A DNA stretch of 64,000 nucleotides from an uncultured Solirubrobacteraceae bacterium. Its GTDB lineage: Bacteria; Actinomycetota; Thermoleophilia; Solirubrobacterales; Solirubrobacteraceae. The stretch spans positions 20,401 to 84,400 of the forward strand of contig CAVYMD010000002.1 of the NCBI GenBank assembly GCA_963769555.1, given 5' to 3'. The number at the start of each line of letters is the position of its first letter. Position 1 is the stretch's first letter. Both the position numbers and the translations under genes were made by a program. Below the pieces are notes generated by a model. The model had not been told where the DNA came from. It did no database searches and was given only the letters and a program-made list of their open reading frames with translations. Below, piece after piece: positions 44,139 to 57,819 of this stretch.

Positions 44139-46097
44139 ATGCCCGCGCCGAAGACTGCGAAACCGCCGCGCTCGACCTCGCAGCCGATCGACGCCCCGCC
44201 GCCCCGCATCCAGGTCGGGCGACCCGAGCCGATGATCGACTGCGGACGCTACGCCTCCAAGCGGACCGTCGGCGACGCGGTGGCAGTGAGCGCCGACATC
44301 TTCGCCGACGGGCACGACGTCCTGCGGGCCGTCGTCCGATCTCGCGCGCCGGGCTCCGATCGCTGGGTCGAGAACCCCCTGGTGCGCATCGACGCGCACG
44401 TCGACGGCGACCGCTGGGCAGGCGAGTTCCAGGTCGACCGCCTCGGGCGCCACACCTGGACGATCGAGGCGTGGACGGACGCCTTCGCGAGCTGGCGCGA
44501 GGAGCTGCGGCGCAAGATCGACGCCGGTCAGGACGACCTCTCCGGCGAGCTGTCGGAGGGCGAGGTGCTGCTCGAGCAGGCGGCCGAGCGCGCCGAGGGC
44601 GAGGACCGCGCGCGGATCGAGCGCGCCCTCGAGCGCCTGCGCGCCGACGGCGCCAACCCCGAGGTCGCGCTGGACCCCGAGCTCTTCGCCGCGATCGAGC
44701 GCTACCCCGACCGCAGCCGCTCGACGACGATGGACCGCGAGCTGCACGTCGACGTCGATCCGGTGCGCGCGCGCTTCGGCGCCTGGTACGAGCTCTTTCC
44801 GCGGTCGTGGGGCGGGCTGAAGGGCGTCGAGCGGCGCGTCCCGGAGCTCGCCGCGCTGGGCTTCGACGTCCTCTATCTGCCGCCGATCCACCCGATCGGC
44901 CTGACCAACCGCAAGGGGCGCAACAACGCGCTGACCGCCGAGCCCGGCGACCCCGGCTCGCCGTGGGCGATCGGCGACGCGAGCGGCGGACACGACGCGC
45001 TGCATCCCGAGCTCGGGACGATGGACGACTTCGACGCGCTCGTCGCGACCGCGGGCGAGCACGGCATCGACGTCGCGCTGGACTTCGCGATCCAGTGCTC
45101 GGCCGACCACCCGTGGCTGACCGAGCACCCCGACTGGTTCAACCGCCGGCCGGACGGCACCCTGAAGTACGCCGAGAACCCGCCCAAGAAGTACCAGGAC
45201 ATCTACAACGTCAACTGGGAGTCGGAGGACTGGCGCGGCCTGTGGGAGGCCCTGCGCGACGTCGTGCGCTTCTGGGCCGACCACGGCGTCATGGTCTTCC
45301 GCGTCGACAACCCGCACACGAAGCCGCTGGCCTTCTGGGAGTGGCTCATCGCCGAGCTGCGCGCCGAGCACCCGCAGGTCGTCTTCCTCGCCGAGGCCTT
45401 CACGCGGGCGGCGATGATGCGCCAGCTCGCGAAGGTCGGCTTCAACCAGTCCTACACGTACTTCACGTGGAAGAGCTCCAAGTGGGAGCTCACCGAGTAC
45501 GTCAGCGAGCTCGCGCACAGCGGGATGCAGGACTACTTCCGCCCGAACTTCTTCGTCAACACGCCCGACATCCTCACCGAGGAGCTCCAGCACGGGGGTC
45601 CGCCGAAGTTCGCCAGCCGGCTCGTCCTCGGCGCGACGCTGAGCCCCACCTACGGCATCTACTCGGGGTTCGAGAGCTTCGAGCGCACGCCGGTGAAGCC
45701 CGGCAGCGAGGAGTACGAGAGCTCCGAGAAGTACGAGATCAAGCGGCGCTCGCTCGACGGCCCGCTGCTCTCGCTCGTCGAGCGCATCAACACGATCCGG
45801 CGCGAGAACCCGGCGCTGCAGCACCTCGACAACGTCCAGTTCCTCACGACGGAGAACGACGCGCTCATCGCCTACGCCAAGCGCACCGGCGACAACACGA
45901 TCATCGCGGTCGTCACGCTGGACCCGATCACCGCCCAGGAGGGCGTCGTCGTCATCCCCTACGGCCTCGGCCTGCCGCCCGTGTTCACGGTCTCGGACCT
46001 GCTCTCGGGGGAGAGCTTCGACTGGCGGATGGGACGAAACTTCGTCCGGCTGGACCCGTACCGGGTGGCGCACATGCTGCGCGTGAGCCCCTCTTGA
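44139..46097 (+). CDS. glgE: Alpha-1,4-glucan:maltose-1-phosphate maltosyltransferase
   Basis: GlgE-type N-terminus ([25 protein letters not shown]) and GH13 catalytic segments ([18 protein letters not shown]). ATG 44139 follows GGAGAG. Confidence 0.9.
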   Translation: MPAPKTAKPPRSTSQPIDAPPPRIQVGRPEPMIDCGRYASKRTVGDAVAVSADIFADGHDVLRAVVRSRAPGSDRWVENPLVRIDAHVDGDRWAGEFQVDRLGRHTWTIEAWTDAFASWREELRRKIDAGQDDLSGELSEGEVLLEQAAERAEGEDRARIERALERLRADGANPEVALDPELFAAIERYPDRSRSTTMDRELHVDVDPVRARFGAWYELFPRSWGGLKGVERRVPELAALGFDVLYLPPIHPIGLTNRKGRNNALTAEPGDPGSPWAIGDASGGHDALHPELGTMDDFDALVATAGEHGIDVALDFAIQCSADHPWLTEHPDWFNRRPDGTLKYAENPPKKYQDIYNVNWESEDWRGLWEALRDVVRFWADHGVMVFRVDNPHTKPLAFWEWLIAELRAEHPQVVFLAEAFTRAAMMRQLAKVGFNQSYTYFTWKSSKWELTEYVSELAHSGMQDYFRPNFFVNTPDILTEELQHGGPPKFASRLVLGATLSPTYGIYSGFESFERTPVKPGSEEYESSEKYEIKRRSLDGPLLSLVERINTIRRENPALQHLDNVQFLTTENDALIAYAKRTGDNTIIAVVTLDPITAQEGVVVIPYGLGLPPVFTVSDLLSGESFDWRMGRNFVRLDPYRVAHMLRVSPS

Positions 46098-47767
46098 TGC
46101 AGGCCTCGGGCCAATGGTTCGAGTCCGATCCGCTCTGGTTCAAGACGGCGGTCTTCTACGAGATCCACCTGCGCGGCTTCTACGACGGCACCGGTGACGG
46201 CAGCGGCGACTTCCGCGGCCTGACGGAGAAGCTCGACTACCTGCACTGGCTCGGCATCGACGTCGTCTGGCTGCTGCCGATGTACCCCTCGCCGCTGCGC
46301 GACGGGGGCTACGACATCGCCGACTTCTACGACGTGCACCCCGACTACGGGACGCTCGAGGACATGCGCGCGTTCATCGAGGCCGCGCACGAGCGCGGCA
46401 TCCGCGTCATCGCCGACCTCGTCATGAACCACACGTCGTCGGACTGCCAGTGGTTTCAGGAGGCGCGCTCGAGCCCGGACAACCCCAAGCGCGACTGGTA
46501 CGTCTGGTCCGACGACCCGACGCGCTACGACGAGGCGCGGATCATCTTCGTCGACACTGAGACGTCCAACTGGTCGTGGGACGAGCAGGCCGGCGCCTTC
46601 TACTGGCATCGCTTCTTCTCCCACCAGCCCGATCTGAACTACGACAACCCCGAGGTCCGCGAGGCGATGCTCGACGTGCTGCGCTTCTGGCTGGAGCTCG
46701 GCCTGGACGGCTTCCGCCTCGACGCGGTGCCCTACCTCTACGAGCGCGACGGCACGAACTGCGAGAACCTCGACGAGACGCACGACTTCCTCAAGGAGGT
46801 GCGCCGGACGGTCGACGAGGAGTACCCCGACCGCGTCCTGCTCGCCGAGGCCAACCAGTGGCCGGCCGACGTCGTGGAGTACTTCGGCGACGGCGACGAG
46901 TGCCACATGGCCTTCCACTTCCCGGTCATGCCGCGGATGTTCATGGCGCTGCGCCGCGAGGAGGCGGCGCCGATCCTCGAGATCCTCTCCCAGACGCCGC
47001 ACATCCCGGCCAACTGCCAGTGGGGCCTGTTCCTGCGCAACCACGACGAGCTGACGCTCGAGATGGTCACCGACGAGGAACGCGACTACATGTACAGCGA
47101 GTACGCCAAGGACCCGCGGATGAAGCTCAACGTCGGCATCCGCCGGCGCCTCGCGCCGCTCATGGACGGCGGCCGCGACGAGATCGAGCTGCTGCACGCG
47201 ATGCTCTTCAGCCTGCCGGGCTCGCCGGTCCTCTACTACGGCGACGAGATCGCGATGGGCGACAACGTCTACCTCGGCGACCGCGACGGCGTGCGCACCC
47301 CGATGCAGTGGACCGGCGACCGCAACGGCGGCTTCTCGCGCGCGGACTTCGCGCAGCTCTACGCCCCCCCGCTCATGGACCCCGTCTACGGCTACCAGGC
47401 CGTCAACGTCGAGGCCCAGCTGCGCACGCCCTCGTCGCTGCTGCGCTGGCTGCGGCGCTTCATCGCGCTCAGGAAGGAGCACCCGGTCTTCGGGCTCGGC
47501 AGCTTCGAGGCGCTGACGCCCGGCAACCCGAAGATCTTCGCGTGCATCCGCACCTACGAGGACGACGTCGTGCTCTGCGTGCACAACCTCGCCCGCTCGG
47601 CGCAGGCCGTCGAGCTCGACCTGTCCTGGTACAACGGCCGCAGCCCGGTCGAGCTGTTCGGACGCTCGCGATTCCCGAAGATCGGCGAACTGCCCTACCT
47701 GTTGACGCTCGCCCCGCGCGGCTTCTTCTGGTTCCGGCTCGAGGAGGACGATGACAGCGCGTCATAG
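46097..47767 (+). CDS. treS: Trehalose synthase / maltose alpha-D-glucosyltransferase
   Basis: [29 protein letters not shown]..., [18 protein letters not shown] and LLAEANQWP. The ATG shares one base with the glgE TGA. Confidence 0.9.
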   Translation: MQASGQWFESDPLWFKTAVFYEIHLRGFYDGTGDGSGDFRGLTEKLDYLHWLGIDVVWLLPMYPSPLRDGGYDIADFYDVHPDYGTLEDMRAFIEAAHERGIRVIADLVMNHTSSDCQWFQEARSSPDNPKRDWYVWSDDPTRYDEARIIFVDTETSNWSWDEQAGAFYWHRFFSHQPDLNYDNPEVREAMLDVLRFWLELGLDGFRLDAVPYLYERDGTNCENLDETHDFLKEVRRTVDEEYPDRVLLAEANQWPADVVEYFGDGDECHMAFHFPVMPRMFMALRREEAAPILEILSQTPHIPANCQWGLFLRNHDELTLEMVTDEERDYMYSEYAKDPRMKLNVGIRRRLAPLMDGGRDEIELLHAMLFSLPGSPVLYYGDEIAMGDNVYLGDRDGVRTPMQWTGDRNGGFSRADFAQLYAPPLMDPVYGYQAVNVEAQLRTPSSLLRWLRRFIALRKEHPVFGLGSFEALTPGNPKIFACIRTYEDDVVLCVHNLARSAQAVELDLSWYNGRSPVELFGRSRFPKIGELPYLLTLAPRGFFWFRLEEDDDSAS

Positions 47768-47866
47768 CCCGGCCGCCGCATGCGGTCGATCCCCGGAGGT
47801 CCTTGCGATGACGGCGCGTCATGGCCCGGCCGCCGCATGCGGTCGATCCCAGAGGAGGCGCTCGCG
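47750..47866 (+). repeat. Tandem duplication (about 57-59 bp, 2 copies) spanning the treS stop and the pep2 translation-initiation region
   Basis: GATGACAGCGCGTCATAGCCCGGCCGCCGCATGCGGTCGATCCCCGGAGG.. versus GATGACGGCGCGTCATGGCCCGGCCGCCGCATGCGGTCGATCCCAGAGGAGG... A third GATGA begins at 47866. Confidence 0.9.
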
Positions 47867-49132
47867 ATGAGCCTGCCCGACCGCATCGACGGCCCGTTGG
47901 CCGAGTGGGTCATGCAGCAGCGCTGGTTCGCCTCCAAGGCGCGCGACCTGGCATCCGTCAACGTGCTCGAGAGCGTGCCGCTCAGCAGCGCGCCCGAGCT
48001 CGACCTGCAGCTCGTCGAGACGCGCTTCCAGTCCGGCACGCACGAGCTCTACCAGCTGCTGCCGGGCTCGGGCGACGCCGTGCGCGTGCTCGCCCGGATG
48101 CTCGGCGAGGAGGCCGAGGTCGACGGCGTGAGCTTCCACGGCGGCCTCGAGCCGGGCGGCGACGTGCGCCCGATGGGCGCCGAGCAGTCCAACTCGTCGA
48201 TCGTCTTCGGCGAGCGGCAGGTGCTCAAGGTCTTCCGCCGGCTGGAGCCGGGCGTCAACCCCGAGCTCGAGATGCTGCGCTTCCTGTCGGCGCGCGGCTT
48301 CGGCGCGATCGCGGCGCTGACGGGCTGGTACGAGTACTCCGGCGAGCTCATGCACGCCACCCTCGGCGTCATGCAGGAGTTCGTCGCCGAGGCGCGCGAC
48401 GGCTGGCAGCTCGCGCTCGACGACCCCGCCGGCGTGCTGACGCGCATCCCCGAGCTCGGCACCGCGATCGGCGAGATGCACAGCGTGCTCGCGTCGGATC
48501 CCGGCGACCCGGCGTTCGCGCCCGAGGAGCCGAGCGTCGAGGCGCTGTCGCTGCTGACGGCGACGATCGACGAGCAGATCGAGCGCGTCTTCATCGACCT
48601 GACGCCCGATACGCCCGCGCTCGCGCCGATCGCCGGCCGCGGCGAGGAGGTGCGCGACCGCCTGCAGCTCATGTCGCACGTCGGCGTCGGCGGGCGCCTC
48701 ATCCGCCATCACGGCGACCTGCACCTCGGCCAGACGATGCTGCGCGACGCCGGCTGGACGATCCTCGACTTCGAGGGCGAGCCGGCACGCGCGCTGCTGG
48801 ACCGCCGCCGCAAGCGCTCGCCGCTGCGCGACGTCGCCGGGATGATGCGCTCGTTCGCCTACGCCGCCTCGGCGTCGGAGCTGCTGCGCGGGGTCCCGGC
48901 GCCCGAGGGCTGGGAGGCGCAGGCGCGGGAGGGTTTCCTCGACGCCTACCTCGGGTCCGTCGACGGGTCGCTGCTGCCCGCGGGGCGTCCGGCCACCGAC
49001 AAGCTGCTTGCGATCTTCGAGCTCGAGAAGGCCGTCTACGAGCTGCGCTACGAGCTCAACAACCGGCCCGACTGGGTGCCGATCCCCGTCGCGGGGATCG
49101 CCCGGCTGCTCGAGCAGGAGGTGCCCACGTGA
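47867..49132 (+). CDS. pep2: Maltokinase (Pep2/Mak)
   Basis: PLAEWVMQQRWFASKARDL N-terminus and a kinase-like core (HGDLHLGQTML..ILDFEGEP). The ATG follows AGAGGAGG. The ORF-track start 47780 lies inside the duplicated segment. Confidence 0.85.
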   Translation: MSLPDRIDGPLAEWVMQQRWFASKARDLASVNVLESVPLSSAPELDLQLVETRFQSGTHELYQLLPGSGDAVRVLARMLGEEAEVDGVSFHGGLEPGGDVRPMGAEQSNSSIVFGERQVLKVFRRLEPGVNPELEMLRFLSARGFGAIAALTGWYEYSGELMHATLGVMQEFVAEARDGWQLALDDPAGVLTRIPELGTAIGEMHSVLASDPGDPAFAPEEPSVEALSLLTATIDEQIERVFIDLTPDTPALAPIAGRGEEVRDRLQLMSHVGVGGRLIRHHGDLHLGQTMLRDAGWTILDFEGEPARALLDRRRKRSPLRDVAGMMRSFAYAASASELLRGVPAPEGWEAQAREGFLDAYLGSVDGSLLPAGRPATDKLLAIFELEKAVYELRYELNNRPDWVPIPVAGIARLLEQEVPT

Positions 49133-49193
49133 TCGTGTCCCCGCATCCCCGCCCGGCCCTCCTCCGCGCTCGCCCCGATCGTGGGTGGCGGCG

Positions 49194-51418
49194 ATGAGCG
49201 CGCGCCGGACCCCTCCCGTGGCGACCGCCGACCTCGACCGGCTCGTCGCGCGCGACCACCACGACCCGCACTCGATCCTCGGCGCCCATGCGACGGAGAC
49301 CGGCGCGATCGTGCGCGCGCTGCATCCCGCGGCCGAGGCCGTCGTCGTGCTGCCCGCCGGCGTCGAGCTGCGGCGCGTGCACCCCGGCGGCGTGTTCGAG
49401 GGCGAGCTGACCGGCGTCTCGCTGCCCTACGCCTACGAGCTCGAGGTGCGCTACCCGGACGGCGGGACGTGGGTCGCGCCCGACCCGTACCGCTTCTCGC
49501 CGACCCTGTCGGACCTCGACGAGCACCTCTTCCGCGAGGGGCGCCACGAGCGGCTGTGGTCGAAGATGGGCGCCCACGTGCGCGAGGTCGACGGCGTGCC
49601 GGGCACCTCGTTCGCCGTCTGGGCCCCGGCCGCGCGGTCGGTCTCGGTCGTCGGCGACTTCAACTTCTGGGACGGCCGCCTGCACATGATGCGCGCCCTC
49701 GGCGGCTCGGGGATCTGGGAGCTGTTCGTGCCCGGCGTCGGCGCCGGCGCGCGCTACAAGTTCGAGATCCGCGCGCAGGGCGGCGAGCTGCTGCTCAAGG
49801 CCGACCCGTTCGCCTTCCAGACCGAGCTGCCGCCGCAGACGGCCTCGGTCGTGCACTCCTCCTCCTACGCGTGGGGCGACGCGGAGTACCTCGCCGCGCG
49901 CGAGTCGGGAACGCCGCTCGGCCGTCCGATGTCGGTCTACGAGGTGCACCTCGGGTCGTGGCGGCTCAACCCGCTGGAGGACAACCGGCCGCTGACCTAC
50001 CTCGAGCTCGCCGACGAGCTGGCGGCCTACGTCGCCGACCTCGGCTTCACGCACGTCGAGCTGATGCCGGTCATGGGCCACCCGTTCTCCGGCTCCTGGG
50101 GCTACCAGGTCACGTCCTACTACGCCCCGACGCCCCGCTTCGGCTCGCCCGACGACTTCCGCGCGTTCGTCGACCGCATGCACGCGCACGGCATCGGCGT
50201 GCTGCTGGACTGGGTTCCCGCGCACTTCCCGCGCGACGAGTGGGCGCTCGCGCGCTTCGACGGCACCGCGCTGTACGAGCACGAGGACCCGCGCCGGGGC
50301 GCGCACCCCGACTGGGGCACGCTCGTCTTCAACTACGGGCGCAACGAGGTTCGCAACTTCCTGCTCGCCAACGCGCTGTTCTGGGCGCGCGAGTTCCACG
50401 CCGACGGGATCCGCGTCGACGCGGTCGCCTCGATGCTCTACCTCGACTACTCGCGCAAGGCCGGCGAGTGGGTGCCCAACGAGTACGGCGGCCGCGAGGA
50501 CCTCGACGCCGTCGCCTTCCTCAAGGAGCTCAACGAGGTGCTGCACCGCGACGAGCCCGGCGTCATCAGCGCCGCCGAGGAGTCGACCGCGTGGCCGGGC
50601 GTCTCGCGGCCGACCTATCTCGGCGGGCTGGGCTTCGGCTTCAAGTGGAACATGGGCTGGATGCACGACACGCTGGGCTACTTCGAGCAGGACTCCGTCC
50701 ATCGCCGCTACCACCATCACGAGCTGACGTTCTCGCTCATGTACGCCTTCAGCGAGAACTTCATCCTGCCGCTGAGCCACGACGAGGTCGTCCACGGCAA
50801 AGGCTCGCTCATCGACAAGATGGCCGGCGACCGCTGGCAGAAGCTCGCCAACCTGCGCTGCCTGTACGCCTACATGTGGGCGCACCCCGGCAAGAAGCTG
50901 CTCTTCATGGGCCAGGAGTTCGCGCAGTCGGCGGAGTGGAGCCACGAGCGCTCGCTGGACTGGCACCTGCTCGAGCACGGCGAGAACGCCGGCGTGCAGT
51001 CGCTCGTGCGCGACCTCAACCGCGTGCTGCGCGAGACGCCGGCGCTCTACGAGGTCGACTTCGACCCCAGCGGCTTCTGGTGGGTCGAGCCCAACGACGC
51101 CGACGCCAACGTCGTCGCGTTCGCGCGCGCCGGGGCCGATCCGAGCGAGGACGTGCTCGTCTGCGTGGCGAACCTGTCGCCGGTCCCGCGGCCGGGCTAT
51201 CGCCTCGGCCTGCCGAACGCGGGCCGCTGGGTGGAGGCGCTCAACACCGACTCGGCCTTCTACGGCGGCACGGACACCGGCAGCTTCGGCGGCGTCGAGG
51301 CCGAGGCGCTGCCGTGGCACGGGCAGCCCTGCTCGGCGGAGCTGTCGCTGCCGCCGCTGGGCGTCGTCTGGCTCGTGCCGGAGCGGCGGCCCGCCGCGGC
51401 GAAGAAGGATCGAGCCGG

Positions 51419-51422
<4 letters not shown>
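49194..51422 (+). CDS. glgB: 1,4-alpha-glucan branching enzyme
   Basis: DHHDPHSILGAH N-terminus, with FAVWAPAARSVSVVGDFNFWDG, GIGVLLDWVPAHF, GIRVDAVASMLY and EESTAWPG. Confidence 0.9.
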
Positions 51423-54085
<2,663 letters not shown>

Positions 54086-54203
54086 GTGTCGTTAGCAGCC
54101 TACAACTAGGTGGGTCGGACAGCTAGCACGCGCGGGACGACGGCGGCGCCGCGGACGGGCGGGCGAGGCTCTCCGCGGCGCCGCGACCCCGGCGGGCCGC
54201 CGG

Positions 54204-54238
54204 ACGACGGCCGCTCGGACCTTCCGAGCGGCCGTCGT
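54204..54238 (-). terminator. Perfect 16-bp-stem hairpin downstream of the LVIVD-protein gene
   Basis: ACGACGGCCGCTCGGA-cct-TCCGAGCGGCCGTCGT, 24 nt after the stop codon in the direction of transcription. There is no U-tract, as is common in high-GC genomes. Confidence 0.6.
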
Positions 54239-54261
54239 GGCGGATGCGGCCCCAGCACCCT

Positions 54262-57200
54262 TTATTGGGGCTGCACCTCCTTGGAGGTCGCCTGTCCGCC
54301 GATGCGTCCCAGCTGCACGCCGGTGTACTGGATGGACAGGTGACCGCCGGCCTTTGCCGCTTCGGCGGGCAGCTTCTCGTTCATCCGCCATGCCCCCCGG
54401 CTGATCGGCGCCTTGTAGTTCAGCGAGCGCAGCGAGCCGTCCGGACGCACGTAGTCCATCCGCACCCGCACGACGCCGCCGCGCGCGCGGGGCGTGATCT
54501 TGCCGGACACCTGCAGGCGCCCGTTGACGATCCGCGCCGTCTTGCGCTGCAGCAGTGCCGGGTTGCGCGCCGCACGCAGCCGCACCTTGTCCGGACGCGT
54601 CCGCGCGTTGCCCTTGTAGGACACCGTCACGATCCCCGTCCCCAGCCGGCCCTGCTTGGCCGACAGCAGCTTCGTGTAGCTGATCGTGCCGTTCTTGATC
54701 GGACGCGTGAAGCGCAGCTTCTCACCGGCCGAGAAGTACTCAAACGACACCCGGCCCGACGAACGACCCGTCAGCCGCACCAGCAACTGCAACCGCCGGC
54801 CACGCACCCGCGCACGCTCCAGGCGCAACTTCGCCGGGAACAACTCCTGCGCAGCAGGCGGCGGAGGCGGAGGCGGCACCACAGCCGGCGGCGGCGGCGG
54901 AGGTGGCGCCGGCGGCGCGGCCGCCGTCGGGCGCGTGATCGTCGCATCGACGACGAAGAGGCCGCCGTTGATGTCCGTCATCACGACGCGCGCGCTGTCC
55001 GGGCCGAGCCGGCGGACGTCGACGCCGGTCAGCAGCCGCTGCGTGGGCCACGAGGCCCCGCGGCTCAGGAACGGCCCGCCGCCGATCTCGTTGTTCGGGC
55101 CCGCGCCGGCGAGCGGCGAGGGGTCGGCGACTCCGGGCGGCAGCAGCGCGGCGACCTCCTTGGGAGCGCTCGGCGCCGTGACGTCGACGACGCGCAGCCC
55201 GTCGGTCATCCACGTCGTGAACGCCAGCTCGTTGCCGAACATGCTCGTCTCGCGCGGCATGTACATGCCGTTGCTCGGCGGCGGCCAGACCTTCGACGTC
55301 GGGCTCTGGATCGTGCCGACGAGCGCGGGCGGGTCGACCGAGAAGTCGACGATCTTCTGCTCGCCCCACTTGCCGGCGTTGTCGCGCAGCGTGGCGCTCA
55401 GGCCGGTCGGCACGAACGAGAGCGAGTCGGCGAAGGCGGTGCCCTCGGCGGTCGCCCCGCTCCAGCCGAAGCGCATCGCGGCCTTCGTCGCCCCCGCCGG
55501 AGCCGTGACGACGTTCGAGAGCGGGGCCCGCGCCGTCACCGCGGAGCGGCTGGCGATCGTGCTCGTCCCCAGGAGCGCGTCGGCCGCGTCGAACCAGTCG
55601 ACGACGGCCTCGAACGCGCCGTCGACGCGCTCGGCGACCTCGAGGACCGCGCCGGCGCGGTAGGAGCGGCCCGCGCCGACCGCGAAGCGGTTGGCCGGCT
55701 TGACGCGAACGCCCGCGACGCGGTCGGTCGCGTTCGCGACGCTGCGGAAGCGCGAGATGTCCGTGCGCACCGCCGGGGCCGCGCAGTTCGGCGAGCCCGG
55801 CGGGCACTGCACGACGAAGCCGTCGCCCGTGTAGGAGCCGTTGCCCACGCTGCCGTCGAGCGTGATCACGTTGTTGTCGATCCGCGTCACGGTCCAGTTG
55901 CCGTTGGCGGCGGTGTTGCCCTTGACGTCGGCGACGCGCACGCGGTCACCGGTCACCAGGCCGTGGCCGATCGCCCGGACCGTGATCGGCGAGGTGTTCG
56001 TCGCCGCGTCGCAGGTCTCGGGAGTGACGCCCCCCCCGGTGCAGTTCAGCGCGACGCCGAAGGGCTTGACCGTGACGTTCGCGGCGACGCTGCCGGGCGC
56101 GAGCTCCCAGGCCGCGGGCAGCGCCGTCCCCGAGAAGACGCGGTTGGGCACGAAGCCCACCATCGTGTTGAAGGCGCTGAGCTTGACGCCGACGCTCGGC
56201 ATGTTCGGCAGCCCGCCGTCCGGGCCGGCATTGGAGAGCGACAGCGCCTCGCCGCCGATGCTGTACATGCCGCCCGTCGCACCGGCCGCGAACGCCCGCT
56301 GCAGCTTGCGCGAGAAGCTGCAGCCGTCGAAGCCGCTGCCGCCCGACTCGAACAGCGCGATCTTGCCGTTGGGATCCTCGAGATAGGGGTCGGCGGCCTT
56401 CAGCGTGCTGTTGACGAGCGGCGAGGCCGGGCAGCCGCGCCCGACGTACGCGACGTCGCCCGTGAGCTGCTGGCCGGCGCGCAGGTACAGCTTGCTCGGC
56501 GCCGCGATCGTCTCGCAGCCGCGGCTCGTCGCCGAGATCCCGGGCGCGTTGATCGTGAGCGTCGTCAGCGCCGGATCCATGTCCTCCTCGGAGACGATCG
56601 CGAGCAGGTGGCCGTCGGGCCCCGTGAACGTCTGCACGTCGGCGGCGTTGCCCTCGACCTCGCCCTCCGGCGTCTCGCCGCCGTCGGCGGCCGGCGGGTA
56701 GCCGAACACGAGCGGGTTGGGAGCAAAGACCTTGGGACTCTGGGCCGTGCCGCTGCCGCCGTTGTAGCGCGGGAGGTTGTCGAGGTCGATCCCCATGAGC
56801 GCCGCCGTGTTGGGGCTGCCGAAGTTCGCGTGCAGCGCCTCGCTGAGCGCCGGGGAGGTGCCCGGCTGCGAGCCGTCGTAGAAGGAGACGACCGCCTTGG
56901 ACCGGTCGGGGCTCAGCGCCGGCGTGCGCGCGGCCTGGAAGGTCCGGCAGCCGTTGTTGGAGTTCTGCCCGATCGCCGAGTCCGGGAAGGTCGAGAGCTG
57001 CTGCGGGCTCGCGGGGTTGGTGATGTCCAGGAGGCGCACGTCGCCGAAGAACGAGACGCCGCCGGTGTTGCCGATGCTGAACGGGGTCGTCGCGAGCGCG
57101 TAGACCTTCGGCGTGCCGCCCGGGCCGTTGTTGCGGGTGAACATGCGGACCTCTTCGAAGATCCCCCAGCGGCCGTCGGGCGGGCTGACGCCGGCCGGGC

Positions 57201-57819
57201 AGGTGATCGGCGGGCCGGGCGTGCAGAGCGGGTTGACGATGTTCTCGGGATCGAAGACGCCGATCGGCGTCGCCGGGATGTTCTTCGGGTCGGTGACGTC
57301 CCAGAACTCGATCCGCGCGCCGTCGAAGAACGACTGCTCGCAGCGCTCGGTCGTGATCGCGAGGATGTCCTTGCCGATGGCGGGGTTGTGCAGGACGTCG
57401 ACGCTGCTCGCGGTCGACGCGACGTTCGGGACGTTGGCGGTCCGTCGCGGGTTGCCCTTCGGGCCGGTGAGGACGGTCTTCGTGTCGGCGATCGTGATCT
57501 GGCGGATGACCTGCGGCGAGGCGGGGTTGCTCAGGTCGACGACCTTGACGCCGCCGTGGTCGGTGCAGATGCGGCCCGGCGTCGACAGCGCGCCGTGGTT
57601 CTTCGAGCCGGCGGCGACGAACGCGAAGTCGCCCAGCACGGAGACGTCGCCGTTCTGCCCGCGCGGCTTGACCGTGCCGTCGAGGCCGAGCGAAGGCAGG
57701 CTCGTCTGCCCTCGCAGGGTCAGGTCGACGCTCTGCACCGCGGCGCTCGAGACGCCCACCCAGCCCGACAGCACCAGCAGCGCCGACAGCGCTGCCGCCA
57801 GCTTCACGTTCGTCCGCAT
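54262..57819 (-). CDS. Large secreted LVIVD-repeat (beta-propeller) / PA-domain protein with poly-Pro linker and conserved basic C-terminal module
   Basis: Signal peptide MRTNVKLAAALSALLVLSGWVGVSSA. LVIVD-type strands (VKVVDLSNPASP, VRLLDITNPASP, LRVVDVTAPSAP, GLFVVDAT). PA-like segment GKIALFESGG..C.FSRKLQRAFAAGATG. Linker PPAPPPPPPPAVVPPPPPPP, then a 194-aa module. Confidence 0.75.
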   Translation of the reverse strand: MRTNVKLAAALSALLVLSGWVGVSSAAVQSVDLTLRGQTSLPSLGLDGTVKPRGQNGDVSVLGDFAFVAAGSKNHGALSTPGRICTDHGGVKVVDLSNPASPQVIRQITIADTKTVLTGPKGNPRRTANVPNVASTASSVDVLHNPAIGKDILAITTERCEQSFFDGARIEFWDVTDPKNIPATPIGVFDPENIVNPLCTPGPPITCPAGVSPPDGRWGIFEEVRMFTRNNGPGGTPKVYALATTPFSIGNTGGVSFFGDVRLLDITNPASPQQLSTFPDSAIGQNSNNGCRTFQAARTPALSPDRSKAVVSFYDGSQPGTSPALSEALHANFGSPNTAALMGIDLDNLPRYNGGSGTAQSPKVFAPNPLVFGYPPAADGGETPEGEVEGNAADVQTFTGPDGHLLAIVSEEDMDPALTTLTINAPGISATSRGCETIAAPSKLYLRAGQQLTGDVAYVGRGCPASPLVNSTLKAADPYLEDPNGKIALFESGGSGFDGCSFSRKLQRAFAAGATGGMYSIGGEALSLSNAGPDGGLPNMPSVGVKLSAFNTMVGFVPNRVFSGTALPAAWELAPGSVAANVTVKPFGVALNCTGGGVTPETCDAATNTSPITVRAIGHGLVTGDRVRVADVKGNTAANGNWTVTRIDNNVITLDGSVGNGSYTGDGFVVQCPPGSPNCAAPAVRTDISRFRSVANATDRVAGVRVKPANRFAVGAGRSYRAGAVLEVAERVDGAFEAVVDWFDAADALLGTSTIASRSAVTARAPLSNVVTAPAGATKAAMRFGWSGATAEGTAFADSLSFVPTGLSATLRDNAGKWGEQKIVDFSVDPPALVGTIQSPTSKVWPPPSNGMYMPRETSMFGNELAFTTWMTDGLRVVDVTAPSAPKEVAALLPPGVADPSPLAGAGPNNEIGGGPFLSRGASWPTQRLLTGVDVRRLGPDSARVVMTDINGGLFVVDATITRPTAAAPPAPPPPPPPAVVPPPPPPPAAQELFPAKLRLERARVRGRRLQLLVRLTGRSSGRVSFEYFSAGEKLRFTRPIKNGTISYTKLLSAKQGRLGTGIVTVSYKGNARTRPDKVRLRAARNPALLQRKTARIVNGRLQVSGKITPRARGGVVRVRMDYVRPDGSLRSLNYKAPISRGAWRMNEKLPAEAAKAGGHLSIQYTGVQLGRIGGQATSKEVQPQ

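Noticed and set aside
47780-47866. ORF-track start of the maltokinase at 47780 (MRSIPGGPCDDGASWPGRRMRSIPEEALA...)
   Set aside because: This extension is the translated tandem duplication. The ATG at 47867 has a strong SD and yields an N-terminus comparable in length to known Pep2 proteins.
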